Assembly: GCA_020891255.1 (NCBI GenBank)
Contig: BQFW01000001.1
Location: forward strand, 1,116,001 to 1,180,000
Direction: 5' to 3'
Length of the DNA: 64,000 nt
DNA from: Entomortierella parvispora E1425
Taxonomy: Eukaryota > Fungi > Mortierellomycota
Shown here: positions 39,653-51,928 of the stretch, piece by piece
Layout of the letters: every line of letters begins with the position of its first letter
Numbering within the stretch: position 1 is the first letter of the stretch
Notes under the pieces: generated by a model
The model's input: only the letters and a program-made list of their open reading frames with translations
What the model was told of the DNA's origin: nothing
Database searches by the model: none
Position numbers and translations under genes: made by a program

Positions 39653-42447
39653 ATGTCCAGCAACGTTTCGGAGGGTCAAACCTCCTATGGGTCCGTACCC
39701 ATCGCCGACAGTGGCGCCAAGATTCCTCAACATATCAAAGAGGTCGACCGCAACCAAAAGTTCAAGATTTTCGAATGTCTCCAGGCCTTGATGCAAGGTC
39801 GCCTCCCCACCAACGAGCAGCTGGACCAGTTCTTGGTCATGGCGCAAGACTCGCCAGCCATGGAGGCGCGTGCGCACATGATGTCGGCCGACGGTCGCTC
39901 GCTCTACAACGACTGGAAGGAGCTCCTCCGCACCACGCGTGGGATCGTGTATGAGAAGAATGAGCAGGAGCTCTTTCAAAACTTTATCTACCATTGCAAC
40001 CAGGCCTCGGACTCTGTCGCGGCCAAGAATGTTCAGGCCCCTAACCTCGATGTCGGCGTCTCGCCTAGTCAGGCCAAGAAGGAGGGTAAGCAGATCTTGG
40101 ACAATATGGTGGCCGTGGCCAAGCTCGTCACCACCAACGCAGACTTTAGAAACATCTTGAACGAGCTCTACCAGCTCGCGAAGGAGGTCTTTGGAGAGGG
40201 TGCGGACAAGATCGGACAGGGCGCCTTGAAGGCCGGAGAGAAACTCTCTGCCAAGGCCGCCGATATCTCTACCTCTGCTGCCCAAGTCGCTCAATCCGGC
40301 TCCTCAAAGTTGCAGGATGGTGACGGTATCCGCCAGGCCAGTGATCTCGCCCAGAACTTGGTCGGTCATGCCAGGGAGGATCCAATGGGCACTGCACAGA
40401 GCACCCGCGATGATGCCCTCAGGCAGGCCAACGCCACCATGGACACTGCCAGGATGCAGGCTGCAGATATGAAGAAAAGGTTGGCCATGCAGGCTGAAGA
40501 GTTCAGGGGCCAGGCTCACACTCAGGCCTTGGAGGCTCGAGAGAACGCGATCAGCTACGCCAACACCAAGATGCCCGTCGAGAAGCGCAATGCTATTATT
40601 GAGCGCTTGAAGGCGATCGTGGACCAGATCCAGGCCGATCCTCAGTACCAACATGCCATTGATTCCATGATGAGCTTGGTCGGTACTTGGCGCCAGCGCG
40701 CTCAGAGACCAGCTGATAACATTGCTGTTGAGGCCAACAAGGTCGTCCAAGGTAAGAAAACGCGCTCTTTTCGTTATTTTTGGTTTGCAGTCGCCCATCT
40801 GCCGGGAAAGACAGGAATCTGACTCTTTTTTCCATTTTTTTTAAAAAAAAACCGCCATCATGTAGATCCCAATGTGGAGGCGGCCATCATTGAGTTCAAG
40901 ATCATCTTGCAGCGCTGGGCTCAAGGTTTTGGTTTGGATCCTATGATTGCCCTGGTCCACAACATGTGGATAAAGACCCAGCTCGATCCCGAGCTCAACC
41001 AGTACATGGACAACGTCGCCGGGTTTATGAACAAGGCTGTCCGCGAGCCCAACTATGTAACTTCCCTGGGCATTAACGCCGATGCAGAGACATTGATTGA
41101 TCAAGGCCAGACACTCTTGAACGTCAAGTACAAGCCCGACACTGACGCTTTGATGCAAGAGGGACAGGTGTTTTTCGAGAAGCTTAACAATGACCCTTGC
41201 TCAAAGGAGGTCGCTGCAAACTTTCAGCGATTCGCCACCCATCTTTGCTACGACAAGTAGGTTTCTATCTCTCCATGGTTCGTTTAACAAATATGAAAGA
41301 GAGGGGGGATTTGTCTGACTCTTTTCAACTTTTTCCCAATTGATCCTTTTAGGAAGGGCAACTTGACCTTTAAGCCTCATCTCTTTGATGATTTCCGATA
41401 TGTTGTCATGCCAGCCTTGATGGAGTCCTTCCAGTTTATCCCCATCCCCCATATCGAGTACTCTGATCTCAAGGTCGATTTGATGTTTGACAACATGATC
41501 TTGACCAGCACAGATCTCCTCCCCCGCCTCTTTGAGGTCAACATGAACAACACCGTGCGTATGGTCCCCCGCGGCAACGCTACCCGATCCTTGGATGCCA
41601 ACAAGCACGATTTCAACATGTTCATCCAGGGTATTGAGGCCAACGTCCGCGATGTGGATTACTACGTCAAGACCAAGGAAGGATTCAAGTTTCAGGACCG
41701 TGGTATTGCCGATGTGTTGATCCACAAGAAGGGAATGGATGTTCGCGTCATGGGTCGCAAGACTCCCGATGACGTCGAAGTTCCCTCCATGATCACCATC
41801 GATGACGTCAAGGTCAAGATCCACTCTCTTTCCATCAAGATGAGAAAGTCCAAGCACCCGTAAGTGGACAAAAAAAAACCTTTATCGTGTTACCATGGCT
41901 CGATGGAATACTGAATTCTTACCGCACCTCTTTTTTTTTTGTTTTCTCTTGTAGAATTTTGTATATATTCGCTCAGCCATTCATCAAGACGGTGGTCAAG
42001 AAGGCGATCGCTCACGCACTCGAGACCCAGATCCGCGAAACCCTGACGTCCGGTGATAAGGCTTTCGCCACCTCTGTGCGCGACACCCGTATCAAGACGG
42101 GCAAGAACACGTTTGGCGCCATTGTGGACACTGCCACGTCCTTTGTCACGAACAAGGTCAACCCCGATGAAAAGACAAGGGCCATGAACGAGCGCAAGAA
42201 GAATGCTGGCCATTACGACCGCACCTCCCATGCCATCTTTGACCAGAACGGTCTGTGCGTCCTGGACCCTGTCAAGCATATAGAACTCAAGGTCGGACAG
42301 CCCTTGCATGAAGATCCCAACGTGATGGCCACCATGCCCAACGCACCTTGGGTCAGTTCTGCATTTGATATGCATGGTATGAAGATTCAAGGACAGGGGA
42401 ACCTGCCTGGTATGCGTCGCACGCAGGGCAGTGTTGCTGCCATGTAA
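39653..42447 (+). CDS. DUF5923/DUF4449 (HAM1-like, TULIP/BPI-like fold) protein
   Basis: QALMQGRLPTNEQLDQFL N-terminus, a helical LEA-like middle, and FKPHLFDDFRYVVMP..IPIPHIEYSD..DLMFDNMIL C-domain. Exons about 39653-40751, 40866-41256, 41353-41860, 41954-42447. Confidence 0.8.
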
Positions 42448-42622
42448 AATCACATAGGGGGAAAAAAAAGAAAAAAGAAAAGAGGGCAGCGGGTCTTTGC
42501 TTTTTTTTTTTTTTTTTTTTTGTATAAAGAACAATTCTTCATTACTTTTCGACATTCCCTCCACCTTTTCAATAATATCGCACCATCCTTTTCAATAAAT
42601 ACACCTTTTTTTATTTTTTATT

Positions 42623-44053
42623 TTATGAATACGTGAACAAGAACTCCAGCTTTGGCCATGTCGATAGGATCCAAGGGTAGGTTTTGAACATGTCCCCTTG
42701 ATAGCAATTGCCGCTCTTCCAATCCCGCGCCGAGGCTTCATCCTCCCACTGAATCATTTTGGGAGACAGCTGAAGGACAAAGATGTGGCTGAGGTGCTTC
42801 ATGGCACAGAGCTGGTCAAAAAACAGTCGGCTCTTCTCGGGCGTTTCGTGTGTAAACTCGATCGCCAATCTGGACAGCCGGGAGCAAACCCAGCCCAAAG
42901 GGCCGCCTGCCCCCAACGATGTAGGCCGATCCCGATCCCGATCTCGAGCCTCCAAGGAGGCAACGCGCCTGGTCTGGAGCGACGGAATCTTCCCGATCCG
43001 AAACTCCCTGGCTTCAAAGATCCTCAGGGCCTGACACGACGTCAAGATCAAATGAATGTCGTCACTGGTGACACCTCGCCAGCCTCGAATGTTGAGCACT
43101 GCCAGCGTCTCAAAGTGTCTTGACAGCGGTCCCTTGACCAGACCCGTCGTGTTTTCATGGAGCCTGAACGCTCGATCCTGCAAGGACCTTAGCGGAGGCA
43201 AGATCTCTATCAGCCCTTGCACAAAGTCCCGGCCGAGGGATTTCAAATGCCCAGGCATGATCAGGTTCATCTCTTCCAGTCGATGGAGAGGCTGGAAAAG
43301 CGCCCTCAGTCGATGGAGATCCAGGTGGGTTTCGTCCGAGGACATGGCGATCCAGTTCCAGGTCAGTTTCTGGAGATTGGGACAGGCCGAGATGAGCCGG
43401 ATCTGGTCCAGGATCGAGGACTGAGAACCCTGGAGGACCAGGTGCCGCATCTTGGGCAGACCCTCTGGCGGAGGTTCGGAGAGTTGGCCAGGACGGGTCG
43501 GGGTGGGGCTGAAGAACAAGGTCAGACGCGTGAGTCCTTGACATATCCTCCAGAGGGACGAGACCGTGTTGTTGTTGTCGTCGTCGTTGTCGGAAGACGT
43601 GGGACAAGGGGCGTCACGAAGGAAGGTGAAATCGAGGAGGGTGAGTTCTTGCAGATTTGGGCAAAGCGGCACAAAGTCCTGAGGCTGGAACGCTTGGACC
43701 GTGAGTTTGACCAGCCCTGGGTTCTGCTGCAGCAACGCTATCAAGCCCGACCGGTCTGGGTGGACGTCGGTGCGCCGTACAGTGGAATGGGGCCGGGAGA
43801 GGATCAGCTGCTGAAGGCCGGTGACACGCCCGGAACGGGCAAGCGCAGGGATGGGTTTGTTGATCAGGTGCAGTTTACGGACATGGGCACAATGCCGTTG
43901 CATGCCGCGGCATGTCCCATTCAGGTCGTTCAATTCGCGGTAGAGAAGAGGCGTGAAAAACTCGTTCCAAGTCCTGCTGACGAGTACACAAGCACTGAAC
44001 TCTGTCAGACCCAGGTACTTTGAGACGTCGTTGCGAATCTCTGGAAGGTCCAT
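42623..44053 (-). CDS. F-box/LRR (RNI-like) protein, intronless
   Basis: MDLPEIRNDVSKYLGLTEFSACVLVSRTWNEFFTPLLYR F-box followed by CPNLQELTL-type repeats. Confidence 0.88.
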   Translation of the reverse strand: MDLPEIRNDVSKYLGLTEFSACVLVSRTWNEFFTPLLYRELNDLNGTCRGMQRHCAHVRKLHLINKPIPALARSGRVTGLQQLILSRPHSTVRRTDVHPDRSGLIALLQQNPGLVKLTVQAFQPQDFVPLCPNLQELTLLDFTFLRDAPCPTSSDNDDDNNNTVSSLWRICQGLTRLTLFFSPTPTRPGQLSEPPPEGLPKMRHLVLQGSQSSILDQIRLISACPNLQKLTWNWIAMSSDETHLDLHRLRALFQPLHRLEEMNLIMPGHLKSLGRDFVQGLIEILPPLRSLQDRAFRLHENTTGLVKGPLSRHFETLAVLNIRGWRGVTSDDIHLILTSCQALRIFEAREFRIGKIPSLQTRRVASLEARDRDRDRPTSLGAGGPLGWVCSRLSRLAIEFTHETPEKSRLFFDQLCAMKHLSHIFVLQLSPKMIQWEDEASARDWKSGNCYQGDMFKTYPWILSTWPKLEFLFTYS

Positions 44054-44163
44054 GGGAGTGAATGAGAGGCCGATGGAAATGAGAGTGAATGCTCAAAAGA
44101 GTTGTTTGACACGGGCATGGTGGACACAAAGAGAAAAAAGGAACATCACTCTGCTCGATTTTT

Positions 44164-45826
44164 TTAATTTATTCTCCTCGTGCTGGCCGCTGCATCCCAC
44201 TCGAGCATGTACGCCTCTAATATTCTCGCGCACACCTCTCCTCCATGATGGGGCGTTCTTCTCTCAAACCACGGCGTTGCTGTAGGCTCAACCGTGGAGA
44301 TTCCTAGACCAGATCCTGCCTCTGCTGCCATGCCTGCAATAGGCGGGGTCGAAATGGTCAAAGCTGTTGCAGGCTTGACCGGCAAGCCCAAAGGTGCCAT
44401 CTTGGACAGGGATGCCGCCGTGGGTGAAATGGCACTCCAAAGAGTCGCGTGTCCCTCTGCAGAACGCTGATATTCTTCTGACAAAGAATGCTCTCTATCT
44501 AGTTCGCGAACACGCTGCTCCTTTAGCTTCATGTAGGTCGCTAGAGTCGGAGACTTGGACGACAACGACATGGATCGAGAGCGACCACTGGTTCTGGAGG
44601 ATAGTCTTGAAGGACTATCCTCATCGTCCACTGGAGAAATGGGCCCTCCCCGAGCCATCTCCGCCATATTCACAGATTCGGCAAGAGACCGACTGGCTTT
44701 CGAAGGTGGCTGTTCGAGGGTAATCCCCAATGGCGACAAATATCGATCATTCTGTGATGTAGCGGCGAGGCCGTTATCTCCGGTCGATTTGGGCGATTTG
44801 GGAGATTCTGAAGCTGGCGGCAGAGCAGACTTGCTCTGCAAGATAAACTGCCTCCGGCCTTCTCTTTCTTCTTGCGCCAATATGTCTGCTGAAAGGATCG
44901 ACCGCTGCCAGAGTCCCGTCTCAAACTCCTCGGCCGTCATCTCCACAGGTAATCCGTGAGCCACCATCATCTTGATCAGCCCTTGTTCTTCTACAAACTG
45001 TGGCCGAGAGACGTAGATCAAGGGCGTGTTGTGTGCTATACATTCTGAGCAAGTTCCATAGCCCTATTCATAGCAAGATGTCAGACATGTGCGATTGATA
45101 CAAGCTAAGAGCAAAACTAACATCCCGACAACAAAAAAAAAAAAAAAAACTCACCAGCTTGCCAATCACAAGATCAGCCGCCTCTGTCAGGTCTGGGACA
45201 TAAACCCCATGCGGACTTCGATAGAATCCTTCGGGCAACTCGTGCGATACAGGCAGTCCACAGATCACGCCAATCCATCCTTCTGGTAAAGGGTTGCCCC
45301 ATCCTTGCTTGAGCCGCTGGCCTCCAAATGAAACCAAGACCATCTTGTGGGTTCGAATAGTCTCTTCATCCACTCCGAGTTCCCGCAAGACATCTTCACG
45401 ACTGTTGACCGCCTTTCGCACCACTAAAGGTACGTCGATAGCTCGCCTGGGCAGGACGTGACCATGATCCTCGTCTGGCGTTGGACTGACCGCAACTGCG
45501 GCAGATGTGGTCGGCTGGTCCCTTACATGTGATCCATTTTGGAGCCCTTCAATGGAACTAGCAGCTAGACTTTGGGCGAGTCTGTCCATATTGAGTCCAC
45601 GTTTTTTGGTTTCCAATGCCAAAATCTCTTCCTCGAAGGCTGGGATGTCAATCGACCCTGGCAACCTTAATAGCAGCGACGCTTTTTTGTAATCTTCTAG
45701 AGCAGCATCCGCGCACGCCATCACCTCCTTGTCCATTGGGTCACCCTCTCTCAAGAATCGGTACACTTCGTCAAACGTAAAGTTTGTAATCAGACATGCT
45801 GGAATCCCGCGAGCATAGGCGGCCGC

Positions 45827-45862
<36 letters not shown>

Positions 45863-46569
45863 GACAAGAAGAGTGAGTTCACCATGACATCATATGTGAC
45901 CCGACACTGAATCAAACAGGTCACTCTTACCAAGGCAGAAAGGGAGCATCCGCAAGAACACAATCGGCTTGCACCTCCGCCAACCATTCCATTTCTGATC
46001 GAATCATCTCGTCGCGTCGGGACAAGAAGCTTCTAACGCCCTCGATAGTCTTTTGGCGGTCCACAGAGTAGGCCAGAGGTTGGACCACGCCCGCATCCAC
46101 TTTTGCGTTCCGATACGTGGCTCCCAATGCAATCACGTCCTGAAAAATGAACTGGGGTGCATCCGAGACAATATGAACTGCGTGACGTCCAGATGTTGGA
46201 AATGCATTACTATTGTCCTGACTCTGACTGGGTCCAGTTTGCGTGGGACTTTTGACCAAGAAGCCAGACATTGCATGACGTTTGGACCCTTGACCCTCGG
46301 CGTCGTAGTCCTTTCGATCGTGGCTTTTGGTCCTGAGTAGCTCTGTAATGATTTGGCACACACGGGTAGCATGTCCGAACCCTTCGGAAAACCATCATCA
46401 TTTGAGGAAGACCAGTTTTTTTTTTGTTTTTGGGTTAGTACGACCTTTGAAAACATGCAACATCGTGACGGCATGAAATAGCACTGAACAAACGACGCTT
46501 GATGCATCAGAGAGCAACTTTACCATGTCCTGACACATAGTAGCAGAAGGTGTATCCTTTGCCAGTCAT
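44164..46569 (-). CDS. Stand-alone glycosyltransferase-like (GT-B) protein homologous to the N-terminal domain of plant L-arabinokinase ARA1
   Basis: Spliced FCYYVSGHG|FGHATRV, DAGVVQP, ADCVLADAPFLP, ITNFTFD, LLRLPG..IPAF, IDVPLVVRK, LVSFGG and GKL|GYGTCSECI..TPLIYVSRPQFVEE. No GHMP kinase domain follows. Confidence 0.85.
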
Positions 46570-46952
46570 AGCCTCTATTCCTTCTTGGATTGCTCGGACG
46601 CAAGTGCACGGTCCAGGTGATGCCGAGGGTAAAAAGAGCGTAAAAGTCCTTTCTTAAAAAAAAGGTGATCTCGCAACTCGCCGTGATAAAAATTATGGGT
46701 GTGGTATTATAAAGTGCAAGGTCCGTGAGTGTTGAGCCAGTGAGTGCAATACGCCGAAGTTGCGAGTCCGCTTGACGTGTCGAGGATGGATGAATGAGAA
46801 AAGGAGAGGAAGGAATGCAATGAATGTTTCCAGGGCAGGAAGGGTGTCGTCGTCACGTGGAAATCCACTGAACAGACCAACACTTCTTTTGAAACAGGGA
46901 AGAGCAATGGAAGCCTCTAAATAAATATTCGAATATAGACTATTATTGTTAT

Positions 46953-49107
46953 CTACAACATCATGCCTCCGGCGTCCATGCCACAAATATCGAGCGACTT
47001 TTCTAGGTCTACATCTAGTTGCACCTTGACCATTTGGATCATGCCTCCTGGCAAGGTTGTTGTTGTCAATGGGCAATTGATGTCGAGGGTCATGGTATGC
47101 GCGAAGGGGTATCTCGCCGTGTGAGGGCATATTGTCTATTTTGAACAATAGAGGCATTCATCCAGGGATCGTTAGAAAAAGTCATATCAAGGAAAGAACA
47201 ACACATAGCAGAAAAATAATAATAAAAAAAAATAGCCTCTAAACATACCCAATGGACTCCGCGATGATCTGACGCCAGGACTGTAATTTGACCCTCTAGA
47301 CCCGTCAAAGCTTTTGCAGACGTGATCGTCCAGTACTTGAGAGCTGTGGGCTTGACAAACCGTAGTCCAAAAGAGTCCCCTGCCTGCGGTACCTTGAAGC
47401 TGTTCCAACAAGTCAATGGATCGTTGTCTACCGCAAACATGTAGGAGAACGTGTCCAAGAACTCTTTGGTGGGTTGGTTCAGCAAAGAAAACTTTTTCTC
47501 TTGATCGTCCATGGTTTTGAGATTCCCTTCAAATACGACCTCGCTTGGATTTGGGAGAGGATCAATGCTTGTCATGAACAGACACCGATCGTTATAGCAA
47601 GGCGAGCGTGAATGTCGATCCTGCACATACGGCTTTTCTTCTTCCCGAACAAAGAAATCCTTGTTGGTGATCTCAAAGTTGGAGAGGAGGGCTGAATATA
47701 ATCTGTCTGCTGCATCCAGCTATCGCGTGAAAAAAATATATAAATATCAGTCATCAGGGAATAAACGAGTAACATAACGAACCAGAGGGTTTCTAGTTCC
47801 TACTCACCATATTTCTAAAGACTATACTCCAATGCTCGTTGACTTCCTCAGAGTTGTAGTAATTATTCTGGTCCAGCGGCGTAGGATAGCTGACGAGCTG
47901 ATAAGGGTACTGGTTGGTCCAGATGGAAAAATACGTGTCGATCACCTTGTATCTGTCCTTGGACAGCGTGGTATTGGTGCGCTGCTGGAGAAGTCGCTTT
48001 GCCTTCGACTTTGGAAGGTATGATCCCGTGCCAAGCGAAGAGAACCCTGCGTGCATGTTGTAGTCTAAGCACAGACAAAAAATGTGGAGATATCAAACAA
48101 ATCATCAGAGATGGTACAAAGCGAACGGGCCGCTCAAGATCAGAATGCTGTTGGTCTGTCGGAGGTAGGTCTGTCGGAGGTAGGTCAAGAGAGTTCAGAA
48201 GAACGAACACACAAGGAAAGGGGGGAAGGGGTGAAGGGGGGGGGGGGGGAAGGTACTCACTCTCGTTGGTGAAGGTCCACTGACGGTGCAACTTGTGCGT
48301 CACTGGCCAGGTGTTGGTGTGGATGAGTTCAGGTGCGGTCAAGAAGTTGGTGTAGAGCGCGTCCATGTGCGCGTTGAACCAGTCGTCGTTCTGGAAATAG
48401 CAATAGTCGTACTTTGCGAGCGAGCACGACATGTACTTGGCCATGTCATGCATGTTCTCCACTCCATTGAACACGTCCAGCTGGGGCAGTTGCTGCATCA
48501 TGAGGTCCCGTTCATTGTTGCTGCCGGGGCCATTGGTTCTTCCAGTGAGGTGCTCCTTGATGGCATCGATGAATTCCTGCTTGGTGAGGTGCACATCCCT
48601 GTTGTTGTTCCACACAATGATCTGCTTGATGTAAGGGTACCGCACCAAGTACGCGACAATCAGCTTGAGGTCATCGATCCTCTTCCAGCTCAGCAGGATG
48701 GCCGTCGTCGGCAACAAATGTTCGTTCCCGCTCTGGACCAGACCTTCGTCCGTGTAATCCTCAAACTTGAATGCGCTCTTCCGGGTCTCAAAGTAATGCT
48801 TCACAATGCGAGCCCGCTCCATCTCATCAGTCCTGTCTCTCTGACTGCTGTCCCGGTCCACACCGCCGTTGTCATTGCTGTCTTCGCCAGAGGGATCACC
48901 CAGTCCACCGTCTTCTAGTTGCGGGGTAAACATGCGGCTGACGGCCAAAAGCGAGACTATACAGAGACCAATAAGGACAAAGAGCTTTGCAGAATTCATG
49001 CGCTTGGCCAGTGGAGAAGTCGAGCTGGACGTCGAGAGGGGCCCACCGCTGCCCTGGCGCCGTGAAGTGTGCATGGGCAAGCCATGGCTATTCCCATTTC
49101 TGTTCAT
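46953..49107 (-). CDS. Type II membrane GT-A glycosyltransferase (GT64/EXTL-like) with C-terminal F5/8C-like carbohydrate-binding domain
   Basis: One N-terminal TM (LFVLIGLCIVSLLAVS), TTAILLSWKR...IIVWNNN, YCYFQNDDW and C-terminal AVDNDPLTCWNS..PQAGDSFGLRFVKP. Four exons join in frame; stop at 46953. Confidence 0.75.
48153..48186. repeat. 15-bp tandem duplication (GGTCTGTCGGAGGTA x2.3) in intron 1 of the GT64-like gene
   Basis: Read directly from the sequence. Confidence 0.9.
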
Positions 49108-49433
49108 GCCGGTGAACGTGCAGGGATGGGAGATGTCAATTGCTCCTTGGTGATGTCTGTATTTCCTGTGGTGTTGAAGGCAAGAGTTGAAGGATAGGTG
49201 TCGATAGACCCAGAGCGGTGCAAACGAAAGATGACTGGACTTAGAAAGAGAGAAGGAGAGAAAGAGAAAAAGAGAGAAAGGGAAACGCAGGCGGCAGCGT
49301 TGGAGAAGGGGGGCACCAAGAGCGAGGGGTTGGGTAGTTTACAGTCTTAAGAAGAGAAGAGACAAAAGGAAGGGGGTTGACAATGCAAGAACCAAAGAAG
49401 AAGAAGGAAAAAAAAAAAGAATGCATGGACCCA

Positions 49434-49462
49434 GTGACTGACTGACTGACTGAGTGAGTGAC
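49434..49462. repeat. (TGAC)n/(TGAG)n tetranucleotide microsatellite between the Kelch gene 3' end and the GT64-like promoter
   Basis: gtgactgactgactgactgagtgagtgac read directly. Confidence 0.85.
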
Positions 49463-49541
49463 ACCTTTGGAATGGTCAACACCGCTAAGCCACTATCGGT
49501 GCATTTTATTTTGTATTACATTACGATCTCTCACTTCCACT

Positions 49542-51928
49542 TCACGCAACATCCAAGTAATCCAGGGACTCGGTCGAGTCGCGGCGGGTGCCCTCCTCAT
49601 CGTTCTCTTGTGGGGGGTGGAGTCTCTCCCTGGATGCCTTGCCTGCTTTTCTACCGCCGGCTGTACTTGAAGCAAGGGTGTTGGACCTGGATAGGAACCC
49701 CTCACTCTCTGTCGTATAGTCCTCAATCGGTATCAGCTCTACCGCACTAGGGGCACCGGCGGATCGTGGCGCAGATACAATCGAACTGCGGTCGTCATCA
49801 TAGCCTCCATCGTCCTGCTGTGCTCTTGATGTCATTCTTGGCTCATCATCAAACCAAGTCGCAGGAGGAAGCTGCTGTCCTTCTGAAGTAAGAACAATAG
49901 GCTGCACTTCGGGTCGCGTCTGTGGAGGTGGGATAGGAGGCGGCAGCTGGGATAGGCGCCGACTTTGCGTAGGGTCCTGATTTTGTGAATAAGACGCGTA
50001 ACTCAACGCAGAGCTCAACTGAGTGTTGTCGTACTGTGATGTTGCTACGGCCGGGATGGAATAGCTGGATATTGACGAGGGATGGACGCTGACAGGTCCA
50101 TCTGAATACTGATGCGAAGGAGGCGACATTCCGGGGGACATGGAGCGCATCTGCACCTGCTCCTGGGCGTCATCTGCAAAAGGCGATGCAATGTAGGTAT
50201 ATCGGTTCTGTCCCATCGTGCTGTCCTGTGGAGGTCCATTCTTGTCAATACTGCCACGGCTCATCTTTGCATGAGAATAGTCCGCAAAAGATCCTCCGTT
50301 CTTTGGTAAACTGCCGCGCCTCGTCTGACGTCTTTTACGAACAACCAAGAACCCAGCCACAATAACGCACACGGCAACAGCGGCAACCACTCCGCCAGCG
50401 ATGGCTCCTGTGTTACTTTTCTTTGAGGTTGATGGTCCTGGCACGGTAGTTGGTAGAGGAGGAATGGCGGATGATTGCACCGGATTGAAGGATTGTACCC
50501 AGTCAGCGACAGTGGTGTTGTATAACAAAGGCAGGGCATCCGTTGGTTCAGTACCATTGCTGCCTAGTAAGTTGGAATGTGATTAGGTTGAAGTTCACTT
50601 GCCAAAAACATTCAATTGGAAGCATTGCACTGTTTCACGTACCTCCCCAAGCAATCAAAACCGTGCCACTGACTGTGCAAGCCATTTGAGCTCGACCAGC
50701 TGTTGTAGGTGCACCATTCAACTGCGTCCAAGCATTAGTAGAGACGTCCAGTTCATAGAGATCGCTCAGATAAGTGTGGCTGTTGTTCACGCCACCAAAT
50801 AGATAAAACTTTGACCCATCATCGTCTATACTCACAAAAAAAAAAAAAAAAAAAAAAAAAAAACACGACGCGTCAATAACAGAGCGAGACCAATTGAAAA
50901 ACGAATGAAGAAAAAAAAAAAAGGTACATACTTGAAACGAAGCAATGTCCAGTACGAGATGAAATCGTTGTCCCTGGCGGCACGGTCGCATTCAATGATA
51001 CCCAGGTTGATGTAGGTACATCCGGAGTGTAAAGCTGCACATCCATATTTTGCCCATTAATGTTTGTAGCGGCGAGGATACCATTATGAGCAGTGGACCA
51101 AGCCGCCGCGGATCCAGGGGTCAGCTTTCGGAAGCTTGACGAGAGGCTGGCCAGTGTGGCTGGCTGCGATTGTGGAGGCAGTGATTGTAACGTGAGTTTG
51201 AGTCCGTCGCCCAGAAAGTAAATGGTCCCGACAGTTGGATCCGTGACAATCAGCGGGCCTATCGAGGAGGCCTCAAACTGGCCGCCAAAGCTGTTCTCGT
51301 AAGAGACGGGGTTCCATTGAGTAGAGTTGAAGGCATAAAGGCGAGGAGAGCCTCCGTCCTCTACGCCAACGACTATGGGTGACCCCCCCTTGGTCGTGGT
51401 GCCGGAATAGCCAGACAGAGTGGAAGGGACAGCCTCGACAGTTACTGCCATAGGTCCTGCAGGTGTGCCTGGCGCGGGAGAGGCAGTGCTGCTGCTCTCG
51501 ATCTCCAGATTCGTCCAGGCTGCCGCGCTGGCGCTCCATTCTTGTTTCAAGTTCAGGCCAAAGTACTGGAAGGACGATCCAGAGGCGTTCTTCCCTCCCT
51601 GAATAAAAAGTTGATTCCCGTTAGAACCGTACGCCATCCCGTAGACAGCCGAGGGCTGGCTAGCGCTGGCGCCGGATGAACTAGGGGTAGGGGTTGGCGT
51701 AGGTGCAATACTCGGAGAAGAAGGAGAGAGAGATGAAGAGGGGGAGGGGGAGAGGGAGGGGGAGATGATGGAGGCTGTTGTAGTGGTGGCACTGGGATAT
51801 GGACTGGACGGCGACGGGTCTGCCTGTGTGGTGGTCCTGGACGGTCCTGCATTTGCCAGGTTCAAGCACGCGAGGCAAAGGCCGAGCAAGAGAACAGCCC
51901 GTCCCTTGTGGGATCTGGCCGCAGTCAT
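49542..51928 (-). CDS. Kelch/galactose-oxidase-type propeller, single-pass membrane protein A (Mid2/SKG6-type TM)
   Basis: Signal peptide MTAARSHKGRAVLLLGLCLACLNLANA, S/P/T stalk, Kelch blades (LFIQGG, FYLFGG, LIAWGG), TM GAIAGGVVAAVAVCVIVAGFLVV-RKRR and a low-complexity tail. Three exons. Confidence 0.85.
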
